From NCBI GenBank assembly GCA_030141605.1, contig JAQGDQ010000708.1, positions 1 through 64,000 of the forward strand: 64,000 nucleotides of DNA, in the 5' to 3' direction. The position numbers and the translations under genes were made by a program. The DNA is from Tubiluchus corallicola (lineage: Eukaryota; Animalia; Priapulida). The notes below the pieces were generated by a model that did no database searches, had not been told where the DNA came from, and saw nothing but the letters and a program-made list of their open reading frames with translations. Below are positions 24,002 to 36,250 of this stretch, in pieces; the stretch's first letter is position 1, and the number at the start of each line of letters is the position of its first letter.

Positions 24002-24447
24002 TTAACCCGTTCAGTCCCAAATTATTTTTTTAATAAGAAAAAAATTTGGCTTGGTACTTTTGTTCAGTATGATCATCTTGTTTACACATAGTAATTATTT
24101 TTTTCTACCTGTGCCCGTGTGCTAAATATTCAATGGATTCAATGGAAGCATGAAATGTGCTTCATTTTGCAACTGTTGATAATTTCTTAAAGTATTTAAG
24201 ACATTTAGTATGCACGCTATGCTGATCTGTACAAAGTCATCTCTAAAGTACTGTACTTTGCGCAGTTTTTTATACTATGTAGATTTTCTAGTTTGCCATT
24301 TTATCACCATTTTTAGTCCGTTGTTATTGGCTTAAGTCAAAATAACTGTTAACAGATCAAATAACTGTGATTTTTAAAATTTTATTAATTTTAAAGGCAG
24401 AAAATATTCTTGTATCCCACAGGATACAACAGGTATGAAAGGGTTAA
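24002..24447. mobile_element. piggyBac-type MITE (TTAA target site)
   Basis: TTAA-ccc.ttca ... tgaaaggg-TTAA; other copies at 39462-39927 (inverted), 47788-47957 (internally deleted) and 10438-10491 (end only). Confidence 0.85.
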
Positions 24448-24718
24448 GCGAAGAGTAGCAAAGGTAATCCATGGTTTAATGTTGTGTTTATAATGGTTGT
24501 TGAAACTTACTCGAAGATTCGGCACGTATTTATCACGAGATTCAGTTAAAGCAGAACTAAAAATTCCATAATTATGATAATTATCATTCTAGTTTACATC
24601 GCCATTATTAAAATAAATACCCAAAAATTCGAATCAAGTAGACCATGTTTTAGCTTATCAATTTCAGTACGTGATGGGTTGCGAAACTCGAGAAACTTCT
24701 CGTGTTTTTGTCTGGTAT

Positions 24719-25090
24719 ACATAGACATAGACATAGAACATTTATTTTCTCCAATTAGTTTAGCATCAAAAGTTTTTTTTAAATCTTACGTAATTATAAT
24801 CATGGAGTAGGGCAGGGAAGGACCATAGGGTCATCTAGTCTCCAGGCCTTTCTTATAAATAGATTAGTCATATTAAAAATTAACGGTGATGCTGCAGATA
24901 ACAAAAACAAAAACAAATAAGAAAACAAAAATACAAATAAAAACAGTATAAATGATACAAATTATCCAAAAAGAACTGAAAACAAAAAATAATAAAGTTG
25001 GATACCAAAATCTAAACAAAAGAATACAATTATTCAGTAATTAGGATTATCATATGTAGTAGTTTCAAATGGGGTCTTATTAACAGGGGA
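24719..25090 (-). mobile_element. LINE 3' end, inverted relative to 23150-23510
   Basis: Reverse-complement homology; (CATAGA)n tail at 24719-24737. Confidence 0.75.
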
Positions 25091-25570
25091 ATTTACACGC
25101 AGTCAATGATACGAAATAGTTTTTATGATTGGAAATATGATTGGTAAGAATCCCAGTCAAAATATTACAAAATTTTTCGTCAAATGGAACAAAAAATTAA
25201 CAATTAAGGTGCTGCTACTAACAGTGACACGAATGGGGGGTGGGGTAATTTTGGAATCTTTGGTAAGAAGAACGGAATCTAACAAACCTGCATTCATTTT
25301 TTCAGAAAATTTTAGTAAGTTGATATTTATTTTGTCTCAAATAAAAACAGATGACTGTACGTTTTCAAAAAGAATAAGAACATCAAATTCATCACTAAAA
25401 TCAATGCATGTCTGAAAAAGTATGACAAAAAAGATTGAATTGTATCATTAATAGTTTAGTACAATAAAAAAATTGTGTATAATAAATATTACAGTATTCT
25501 TTTGGCAAAATTAACAAATGGAAAACTGTACAATAAAATTTGTTCATTAAACAGCAAACAATACACGTAG

Positions 25571-27439
25571 TTAGGTTCCTGTACTGTGCCGCTGCTGTAG
25601 GACGATGAAGTAGGTTAAAACGCATACGATACCAAATAAAGCCAGTGCAAAAGCCGAATGTATGAGAACCTCGTTCGAAATATGCATACTTCTTGAACTG
25701 TAAGGTAGAGCCTCTCTTGAACTCACAGCTCCACCGACTATCCAGTCGTCTCTATCCACTATCTTGGCTTCTATTACAGCTGGACTGCACCTCTCATCTT
25801 CATCAAATTCTGGGTTGCCTTCCACGCAGGCAAGAACAACGAAACTATGGCGTCCCAGTGGGAAAGTCTTCAATGAATCTGGTTTTCTAATTAACCCATT
25901 TTCATCTATGACAAAATAGTCACGCATAGTAAGTAGTCTAAACTTGGCTTCCACTGGAGTTGTTTCCACTCTGGGTTCAGTAAGGTTACCTCTTGAGCCA
26001 TCAGTATAAAATACAAAATTGTACGAGTTTTTCGAGAATTTCGGATTCTCACGATTTTCTTTCAAGACCACTACCTCAACATCCGTCTCCCTAACCCCAC
26101 CTGAATTTGTAGCCGTTGCAAAAAATCGTTTAGTTCCTGGAGTCAGTTTTTGCGTACTTGTAATCAAACCATCACTGTCCACCTGAAACTCAGTTACCGG
26201 GTCACCATCCCGTGTCCTCAGGCCAAAAGAGAATGGGGGAATGCGGTCTGCCGGCCTAGAATCATCGACTTGCACAATGACCACCTGTCTACCTACTGGC
26301 AGGCTCTCAACAACAACTGTCTTATATGATGATTGCGCAAAGCTTGGCGGTGGACCTTGAATTTCTACTGTGATGTGCACAGCAGACATGGCACTATACG
26401 GCAAATCAGATTCAAACCAATTGTAGAAAGCTTTCACTGCTATAAAGTACTCTGGTTCTGTGATTTTTCCAGTCACCATCAAATTACCTTGATTAATTTT
26501 GAATGGCAACGATTCACCTAGCAACTTAAGCTTTAACATGTTATCACCTTTGTGGGTTTCGCCATTAAAAGCAACAAGTTTGCCCGGTTTTAGTTTTATT
26601 TGCTTCAACATCTTAGCGTTCTGCTTCACTGTGCCGTAATACATTTTTTCACTAAAATAAGGATTTAGCTTATAGTTATAAACATCGAAAGTGACCTTAC
26701 AAGTGGATTTCTTTGATGACACCCTACCGTCAGTCAACACGATAGATACATTATATTGCGTCTCTTCCTCATAATCTAGCTTTTCGCGCAAGAACACGTC
26801 ACAGTAACTGTAATGGTCAGTACCAGTTCTCCCTTTTGCTTCAAACTTGGAATCGGTGTCATTGACTTCACACTGTGGCGAATCTTCTGAAAGGAGTTGA
26901 TTATCATCATCGACAACTACAAAACTTGCTAGTCTTGCTCCAACCCGTGCGTTTTCCAACACCGAATAACGGAGTTCTTGGTCCTCCCTTACCCTCGGTG
27001 CATAATTGTTGTTCGCTTGAATCCTAGCCTTCACTACCATGTCATCACTACCATCGAATGATCTTGACGATTTGATACATTTTAGGTGTATTTCCGTCAC
27101 CTCTTTTCTATCTGACTGCCTCTGTGATTTGAGAAATGTTGACACGTCCTGTTTTAGTACAAGATAGTAGGCGTACTGACTGTTTCCGTTAGGCAACCGT
27201 GATTTATATTTGCTTTCAACTTTATAGAGCTCATTGTGATATGCAGACGTAATCACATACGCTGGATTTTGATCGAAGAGTTCCACGCTTGACTCTGCCT
27301 TGCTGTTTTCAGTTATCATCACTTCTTTGTTTTCAGGAAATGCACCCTTGCACGCGTTTAAGGCCAGTGTTGCTTTGAAATTTACCATAGTTATTATGGC
27401 AGCTGCAACGCCAAGGCAGATACCTCTAGCGTTAACCAT
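25571..27439 (-). CDS. Cadherin-repeat type I membrane protein (protocadherin/CDHR-like), CDS in a single exon, 622 aa
   Basis: Signal peptide; cadherin motifs NNNYAP..YSVLENARVG..VVDDD, LDYEE..YNVSI..TDG, PSF.QSSY...VVESLPVG, F.VD.DG.I and NPKF...SY.F; C-terminal TM (AFALALFGIVCVLTYFIVL); 8-aa tail; ACCATGG start context; acceptor at about 27480 implies a 5'UTR intron. Confidence 0.88.
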   Translation of the reverse strand: MVNARGICLGVAAAIITMVNFKATLALNACKGAFPENKEVMITENSKAESSVELFDQNPAYVITSAYHNELYKVESKYKSRLPNGNSQYAYYLVLKQDVSTFLKSQRQSDRKEVTEIHLKCIKSSRSFDGSDDMVVKARIQANNNYAPRVREDQELRYSVLENARVGARLASFVVVDDDNQLLSEDSPQCEVNDTDSKFEAKGRTGTDHYSYCDVFLREKLDYEEETQYNVSIVLTDGRVSSKKSTCKVTFDVYNYKLNPYFSEKMYYGTVKQNAKMLKQIKLKPGKLVAFNGETHKGDNMLKLKLLGESLPFKINQGNLMVTGKITEPEYFIAVKAFYNWFESDLPYSAMSAVHITVEIQGPPPSFAQSSYKTVVVESLPVGRQVVIVQVDDSRPADRIPPFSFGLRTRDGDPVTEFQVDSDGLITSTQKLTPGTKRFFATATNSGGVRETDVEVVVLKENRENPKFSKNSYNFVFYTDGSRGNLTEPRVETTPVEAKFRLLTMRDYFVIDENGLIRKPDSLKTFPLGRHSFVVLACVEGNPEFDEDERCSPAVIEAKIVDRDDWIVGGAVSSREALPYSSRSMHISNEVLIHSAFALALFGIVCVLTYFIVLQQRHSTGT

Positions 27440-27691
27440 GGTAACAATAATTTCACAAATTAATGGCCATAATTTCTCCTGAATAATAAGTAAAGTGCTC
27501 TCCAGCTGTAAATTTTAAATTTAATCCAGTCACACAGAATTATACCGGCATGAAGGTATTATTGCATTCCAAAAATCTCTTTTGTTGATTTTAAATGCAT
27601 TGTGTTTTCGTTAAGAACAATGTTACGTTTGGACAATGCTAATTACGTCACTGGCAGCAGCCAACATCATTGAAAATATGAAGCCATTAAA

Positions 27692-28070
27692 TTATTCTTT
27701 ATAAAATGAAGAGGCCTGATCGTCGTCATCGACAACTAGAAAACTTGCTTCTTTTGTTCCAATCTGGACTTTTTCTGATACCGGATATAGTTCTTGATGG
27801 TTCCCTCTTATATTTGGGGCGTGAAGATTGACGCTGCTTAGTTTAATTGTAATCGTTACGTTATATATAACTTTTGGGGTTTTGGGGTTGAATCGTGGAA
27901 TGCAACTCAAAATCACAACAGTCAGTAAACGAAATTATTGTTATTGCCACAAAATTACGCAAAATATTTTCCATGGCATTGCTCATGAAAGCATGAAATA
28001 CTTGAATTCGCATAAGGAGGTGTATTTCTGCCCTCAATGTCGGATAAAAGAGACTTCTCTAAGTGCAACA
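27692..28070 (-). pseudogene. Decayed paralogous fragment of the cadherin-like gene
   Basis: HAPNIRGNHQELYPVSEKVQIGTKEASFLVVDDDDQ aligns with YAPRVREDQELRYSVLENARVGARLASFVVVDDDNQ of 25571-27439; the upstream extent is uncertain. Confidence 0.65.
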
Positions 28071-29074
28071 AGAACACAACCCGTCGATATTAGTCATAAT
28101 GTGCTACAGCCACAAGTAAACTACAACAAGAATTTCCAATGACAATAACTTGTGTTATCCTTGACCCACGTTGTAATTGCTGTAATCCAAATTCGTGGCT
28201 TCTCTATTTACTGGTAAGGTTCAGAAACGCAAACAAACGAAAAAGGAAGACAGCTTATGTAACAACAATGGCGTGACGTGTTTCTTTTCGTCTTTGTTCT
28301 CGAATTGGCAAGAAAATGAGTTTTTGCACAAACGTTTAATTGTGATTAAAGTCACCTGCCCTGCTCCATAATTATAATTACTTAATATTTAAAAAAACTT
28401 TTGATGTTAGACTAACTCGAGAAAATAAATGTTCTATGTCTATGTCTATATCATCGTACATTTACATAAAAACAGTACGTTTCCAGATAAAATAAAATAT
28501 TATAAATAAACAGAGTGCATCAATTGTAAGTAAATGTTAGTTTTACTATAATTTTATTATATAAGATTTAATCACTCCTAGCTGCACCCCCGCAATGCTA
28601 CAGTGGTTTAAGCCATCATAGTTAACTTGCCTTGTGTGAGAACTTTCAATAATGCAACATATTATAAGGTATATCTTATACTTTTCACATCACATTTCTG
28701 TCAAAATACCATCTTCTGTCTTGGCGAATAACGGAGTGATTACCGCGTGTGCTTAATAATTAAAGTTAAGCATTGCCTAACGTTGTCATTAAATAGATGG
28801 ACGAATGCCAAGTTTAATATTAGACATTACTTGTTCTAGGCAAATTAATGCCGTACTGTCATACCGTTCATGGCATTTACTTCACCGAGGGGAATATGGC
28901 TGAGATATTTCTGTGTATGTCCGGTGTTTCATTTTAGATGAGTTGTCTTATAATAGAATAGGTTTCAGTATTATCTCTCCTAGTAGATCCTGTCGTACTA
29001 AGAATGCCATGTTTATCTAACATAGCAGAAAGAAGTGGAGAATGAAGCTTTCTTAATTGTTAATAATTAATTGT

Positions 29075-29733
29075 CTGCTTGCATAGTAAAATCGTCCATG
29101 AGTTGGCAATTTAGTTTTTTTAGTTATTCACATATTCCGAATCTGCATTTCATGAGGATCATTTTGATATCAAGTTCATTGCTCTATGTTATTTCTAAGG
29201 TGAGATAATCCATGTTGAAGTTGAGGTGCAGGCTGTGCAGTGAAAAACATAATCTTGAGAAAATCACAGTTAAAGTTAGCCATTGTTTTTTTGTTCTACA
29301 AAACACTTGGCAACCGTACGAAACTGTGGTTGCTATGGACTTAGCAAGAGCACATTGAAGTTACGTTTAAATCCAGTAGATGGCTCTTACTGACGATGAT
29401 CTGGTCTTGACAACAGAAAAAACCCGAAGCAAAATGGCTGCTTCCAAGAGGTACAATCGGAGTTTGAAAATACATACAAGTTTTTTTTTTACAATCGCTG
29501 TACTAGTTTCTAGACAGAAAATTGGTTATGGAGTTATAAAATTAGATTTTTAGTATTTTCTGGACACTTTCCTGATAATTTGATGCTAGAATATAAAAGT
29601 CCAATATATTTATCATTTGTTTTCATAAAAAATAAAAAATTAACATTTGATCAAATTTTTGGTACATTCTACTTTGAAGCGGCATAACGTAGTTTTAACT
29701 ATGCCAACTTACGACGGTTTTGCTTTGCAAGCA
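29075..29733. mobile_element. MITE, inverted copy of 3549-4227
   Basis: Reverse-complement homology and the same imperfect TIRs. Confidence 0.7.
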
Positions 29734-30366
29734 GCGCAATTATTATGTTCCTTTGATAGCATAACCTTTGAACTAAACTTCTGATTGTTTACTTGTTTGT
29801 GTTTTTCCATTTCACTTCTAGTAATTTATTTCAATTTCAGTTGCAATAAAGTAATTTGAATACCAGGTAGAAATTTCAGTACATTTTGCACTGTCATTGT
29901 TCCTGAATATGTGATCATAATACTTAGTTAATTGAATGTTTCATTTACTTTGAAAAACAGATCTGCACAGAGATGCGTTTACGTCAATATAATTAGACAA
30001 CTGGTTTTTGTTGCAACTAATTAAATATAAAATAGCAATTAGTTTTATGAAAGGTAAATTCTGGAGCCTGAATATCACGGTTGCGTAAACATAAGCTATA
30101 AACGTCATTGTGTTTTGTGTAAATAAACATTGTTTACTTTTCCGGAGCCAGCAAAAACATGGTAAGATTTATTTTTGTTTAGTTTCTGTTTGTTTAACTC
30201 GTCACCAGGCCAATATTCATGTGCACAGAAATGATTGTGTTCATTTAATGCCCCGTTATGATGCGCAAAGATAATGGCAACGTACCTGGTGTTCATGGAT
30301 TCTTCTTCGTTCTTCTGCTGCCCAGGACAATTCCTCTGATGTGAAGCCACTGCTAATAAGAAGCTT

Positions 30367-30900
<534 letters not shown>

Positions 30901-31400
30901 TGCTGGTGTGATGGTATTTCATATCTGGTTAATATTAGTGATTTTAATTTTGTTTAAATGCTGATAAGACTTGATTTGTTTAACCTGTAATGGTAGAGAA
31001 TTGCAAAGTAGAATTGCTTGCTTGATTATAGAGTTCGTTCCACGGTGGCTATTTGTCCTAATTTGTTTTAGATTGCTTGTTCTGGAATTAACGATAGGAT
31101 TTTGAAAAAAGGCAAATCTATTATTCTGGAATGGTTTGCTCTTCCTCGGGTTTCTCTTCTGTGAAGTTCTGTACCAGAAGATTGTTTTCCTGAAAAGTAT
31201 AACCTCAGTCAATTCAAGAAAATTATCACCTTCTAAAAACTTCTGTCACCTGCAAATTAGTCAAATAAATTTCATTTCTCTGTACATGTATTCATATCTT
31301 CTTTGCCTTGTTTGGGACGGTTTGTATAAAAAAGTGTAGTATACAAAGTAATTTTGAATATAAATTAGGAAGCACAAGACAGGTAACATATCCTCTTCGA

Positions 31401-31436
<36 letters not shown>

Positions 31437-33605
31437 GTTGCCAGTACTAATTTTACAGCAGATAGAGGCCTCATGACTATCTAGATGCCTTATTGGAAAC
31501 GTGCCATATTCAGTACTAATATGTAATGAAAGTTAAGAGGTAAGGCAATTCTGTCTGCGTAAATCTACACATTGCTTAGAATATCAACATTATATGTATT
31601 TATTATGCCTTTGTGTCCGTGATATTTATGTTCAAATTTAAACTTAATCTCAATAGTTTCACACAGTTTATTCTGAAATCTTCGTCAAGATAATTGCTCA
31701 TATTACTAATAGCAACATTACTTACAGGGTGGTTGACTTTGGTAACTTTTAGTTTTTCGCCACCCTTTCACCAATCACTTGAATATCATTAACTCAGATA
31801 ATTTATTCATTTAATAATCTTGTCACTTTGTATCATATTATCATATAATCTTTTCATGCTCTGTGTGTTTTTCTTCTAAAAAAGGTGATAAATAAAGATA
31901 CTTACTTACTTACTTACTTACATAGGATGCAGTAGAAATGAATTTGCTGTTTCTTTAAACTTATGTGTTTTAGTACAAACCTTTCTTTCAATGATTTTGT
32001 TGCTTGTTCTTTGCATCGTGTCTCTGCTGAACTTCTTTCTAATTCATTTCTTTTCTCTTTTTCTCTATCTCTGTCTATTATTTCATCTTAACTATTCCCT
32101 GTTTTTCTATAATTCTCTCTTTTGTAAATTAAGTCGTTTTTTCTTCACTTTTCATGGTGGTCTTACAAGCTTTGCTTCTTGACTTCTGTTAAATTTTTGT
32201 AATTATATTTGGAATTTTTTCCCTTACTATACTATGCTATAGTATACTAACGTAGTTCTGTTACAATTATTGTAACTATATTTCATTTTCTAGTTATAGG
32301 GCATAATAGAGATAATATAAAGATAATAATGCAAATTGTAATGCAATGCTGAAGTGATAATAAATTACAAATTACAATTACAATTTACACATACAGAATG
32401 CTCTGCTTCCTAGATCTGCCACGAGTTTCCATTTCTAAAAAATCTTATGATGTACCTTCAATAATTAATTCTTCTTCAAGTGTTCACCGCGCATATCCGC
32501 GTTAGCTTTCCACCGACATGTTTCAGGAAATTTTTCCCATTGACAACTCCAATATTAATTGATTGGTGCAGTAACACCCTAGGCTGACAGTCTCAATTTG
32601 TACAAAACAGCCGTGCAAAGCAATTCAGTCAGCTATATTTTCACAGAATTGTGTGAAACCTGAAGGACGCAGAAATGAAAAAAATCTCGAAGTCTTTTAA
32701 ACTGCAACTCAGTTCAACCTACTGTTGTCTAAAAAGGTGCTTATATTCTATGAGATTAAGCTGTTACTGATGTTATTAATGATTCGTGTGTAGCAAGTCA
32801 GTAGCCGTTAAACTACAATAGTTAGAAAGTTGCTGATTAATGTGTAATTGATATAATGTGGGACTTAAAATAGTGCGTTGAAGAACCCCTGCAAGTGCTT
32901 CAAGAGGGTTGTCCGTTTAATCAGCTATGCGGAGGCTTGCCAGTCTTTACTTTTTCTGGAAAATTTGCAGCATTGAGAAATCCATAAAAAATCCCATTCA
33001 TCCATACTCAGGTATTAGAGTGGAGTAAAGAGACTGAGAGAGAGAGCGAGAGAGCATTTGTTGATTAGTATTTGCATTTTCTAGAATAAATTGAAGGGGT
33101 GGATGTAGGATTCTGGCAATCTTAATTTTCGTTCAATTTAATGTTTTATTCTAGCCACTTATTACATTTTTTGGCTTTTTCTCTTTGCATTCTATTATTA
33201 TTTATGTAGAAATATTTCCTATACTTACGAGGTTTACACGGACAGTGGCATCTGGTAAGGGGGTGGTTCACAGGTATGGATACACTTGCCTGACTCATTA
33301 GACTTCTTTGCAATTTTCTTCGCTCAGATAAAGGGCTCTTTTCTATTAATTGTTGCAAACATGAATTTCTATTCATCAGTTTTTTTTATGTCTGGTGATT
33401 TGCAAGACTAAAAGCCGTTCATTCGTTAATCAAGTAATTACAAATTGCCAGCATGATGATTAATTATTTTCCATTAAGTGATGTGATAGGTTTGTTCGTT
33501 AGTGGTTTACAACAAGTCAGTTGCCGTTCCTCCTCGTAGCTTTTGCGTTCATTGCCCTGCTCTTTCTACAAAATAGAAGTGATTTTTTTACTTTAGTGGT
33601 GTGAA

Positions 33606-34086
33606 CTGTAGCGGATAGCCCTATAGGCTGAATAGGCTGAAGCCCAAGGCCCGGGATCAAAAGGGGCCCGGCAAAATAAAACGAAAAATTTTTTTTTGTA
33701 AAAAAAAAATAAGTTGACAAAAGAGCAAGGGGTCCGCCAAAATAAAATATAGAAAAAAGTTTTTTTTTCAAAAGTCAGTCACTGTATTTCAAATCGGGTT
33801 TACACAAATCAAATTTACACAATTTAAGTTTACACAATTCACGTTTACACAGTTTAAGTTCAAAATTTCAGTTTCCGAATTTTTCTGGGGGCAAAGTCCT
33901 AGTCCACAACTCAAGATCAAGAAGATATAATTTTTATCACAATCGGTGGGCAAAAACTCACAAAATTAAACAAACTTACAAACGACGAGAGCTCCACAAA
34001 AACACGTCAGCTCAGCAGTGTAGCAACATTTAAAAGGCCCGTTCCGAGTTCAAGCCTAAGGCCCATAAAATCATAATCCGCCGCTG
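33606..34086. mobile_element. hAT-type MITE
   Basis: Perfect 8-bp TSD GGTGTGAA (33598-33605, 34087-34094); degenerate TIRs ctgtagcggat / atccgccgctg. Confidence 0.75.
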
Positions 34087-34787
34087 GGTGTGAAAAGTAA
34101 ATAAGTATGCAAAATTTTGCATATCAATTCAATTTACATTGCCAATGTTGCATTGTCTTCTGCTGTTGAGCTTCAGCTTTCTGGCAAAAAAGTGTTGTAG
34201 GAGGAGAGATTAGCACTTTCGTGAAGAGGGGAAGTATAGTTAAAGAGTGTTTCAGAGTAAACGAGGACTGATATACCGAAACTAAATATTTCGGCAACTA
34301 TAGATGAATTAAAGAATTATGTCCTCCATAAACAGTTCTTATTAAATAAATTACGAATTTGCTAGATGAGATGATTGTTGTTATGATGATGGTGGTGGTG
34401 GTGAGAGGTGACGAAGATGACGATGATGGTAATGACGATGATGATGGTGGTGATGATGGTGATAATGATAATGACAACGATTATGATGTTGATAATGATT
34501 ATGGTGATGAGAGTTATGATGGCGACAGTGATCATGATAATATACTACCGGAGTACTTCCCTCCGTTAAGTGGTCATTTAGAACAAGTGGAATTACATAA
34601 TCTGTACTGAGCAAAGTTTGTGAATTGCACAGCAGAGTAAACTTACCACAGCTTGCAGAAGACAGTAAGCTTTACAGAATTCTGCAATCAGAGTAAGATC
34701 ACGACATTCTTCAAAAAGCCATTTTCAAGCTTTACAATTGATGCGAACAGTTTCAAATTAGATTCAACCCGTCCAAGTATCACTGGT

Positions 34788-35080
34788 TGGTTGGCATCCT
34801 TCTGTCTCGGAAGACAATGGAGTGTGCGCCAAGAGTCAGCTATTGATCACATTGATGGAGCTGCAGCGTCGTCTGTGGCTGAGTAGTGCGATCCTTGAAC
34901 GTCTCCAGGAACGTCTTGCACGCCTGGGCAAGGTGTATGGAGATCCTGAGTTGCCCAGACAACAGGAACTCTCTTCCTCCCTGGTGTAGTCCAAAGGAAA
35001 GCGGAGCTATACGTTTGGCACCAGGTTGGCTGCAGGAGTCAGTGAGCATGCTGCACTGGTCCGCCTTCGGGGCTCCACTC
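34788..35080 (+). mobile_element. GC-rich dispersed repeat resembling an RTE-clade LINE 5' region; inverted copy at 52397-52698
   Basis: Reverse-complement near-identity between the copies; the start ggttggcatccttctgtctcggaagacaatgga resembles RTE 5' ends (recalled, not searched). Confidence 0.6.
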
Positions 35081-35194
35081 CTGATTTGGAAGGTTTACTC
35101 CTCTACACATGACCGTTGGGTCACTTGACCTCCTCCGCCCTCTAGCCGTTGGCTGCTTGTACAGCTCCTTCCATGTATGAGCATGGACCTGTAC

Positions 35195-35530
35195 AATTTG
35201 AAAAGGATCTTGGAGTTTATGTGGAAAAGAACTATTTCTTTTGACAGACATGTTCATGAAAAGGTAAAATCTGCAAATGGACAATTAGGGATCATCGTCA
35301 AAACTTTTAGATTCATGGATAGTAACATGTTTAAAAAGCAATCTTTAGTTAGACCACATTTTGAATATATATCAGTGGTATGGAGTCCATATCTTCAAAG
35401 CTATCGACACAATATAGTAAGGACCCACTAATTCAGTCCCAGGGCTAAAGGATATGGAATATTATTCAGAAACACTACGATCATTCCATATCCATTCCAT
35501 AGAATTTAGGAGTTAGAGAACAGATTTATT
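35195..35530 (+). mobile_element. CR1/L2-type LINE reverse transcriptase C-terminal fragment (degenerate)
   Basis: KDLGV..ISFDRHVHEKVKSANGQLGIIVKTFRFMD...SLVRPHFEYISVVWSPY. Confidence 0.8.
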
Positions 35531-36106
35531 GCAGACATAGTGTTTTCGACACGGCATCGACAAATCTAGCAAAGACACCTTACTAATACCCGGTGAGAGG
35601 TTAGGAGTCCCTTGCTTGACTATTATTGGCACTTGTCTGATGGAATGGCAGACAAACAAACAGGCCATGGTTAGTTATTAGAAGGATGATGACCACAACC
35701 ACAGAGTAAATGAGTGCTTTCAGTAAAGGAAAATAAAATGCATCTTTTCTTTTAACAGTTTTTTTTCAACACGTTGACCAGGATATTACTTTAGGCTTGA
35801 TCATTGAAGTTTTAGAAGCTTATATGTTACACATTGTTGCATTTGCTGTGCTACGATGGTGGTGAAAGTGAAAGGATCAGGTGTTTTCAGCAACAAATTC
35901 AAACGTCTTAGCTTCCATGATTTCCTCTTAACATTCTCATGAGATCATTATGAGAGGTATTATGGTGGCCACATGATAAATTATAAACCGAGAGTAAAGA
36001 GATTTAACTGATTACTTTATTGTACTAAATCTTCAACAAAATGGTTTTCTAAAAAAGCGTCCATGCAATAATAACAGCCTTCGTTTTAGATACGAGCCAC
36101 AACCTC

Positions 36107-36250
36107 AGATAAGATAAGATAAGATAAGGTAAGGTAAGGTAAGGTAAGGTAAGGTAAGGTAAGGTAAGGTAAGGTAAGGTAAGGTAAGGTAAGGTAAGGT
36201 AAGGTAAGGTAAGACAAGACAAGACAAGACAAGACAAGATAAGATGAGAT
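36107..36250. repeat. Pentamer microsatellite (AAGGT/AAGAT/AAGAC)n
   Basis: Directly visible. Confidence 0.95.
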
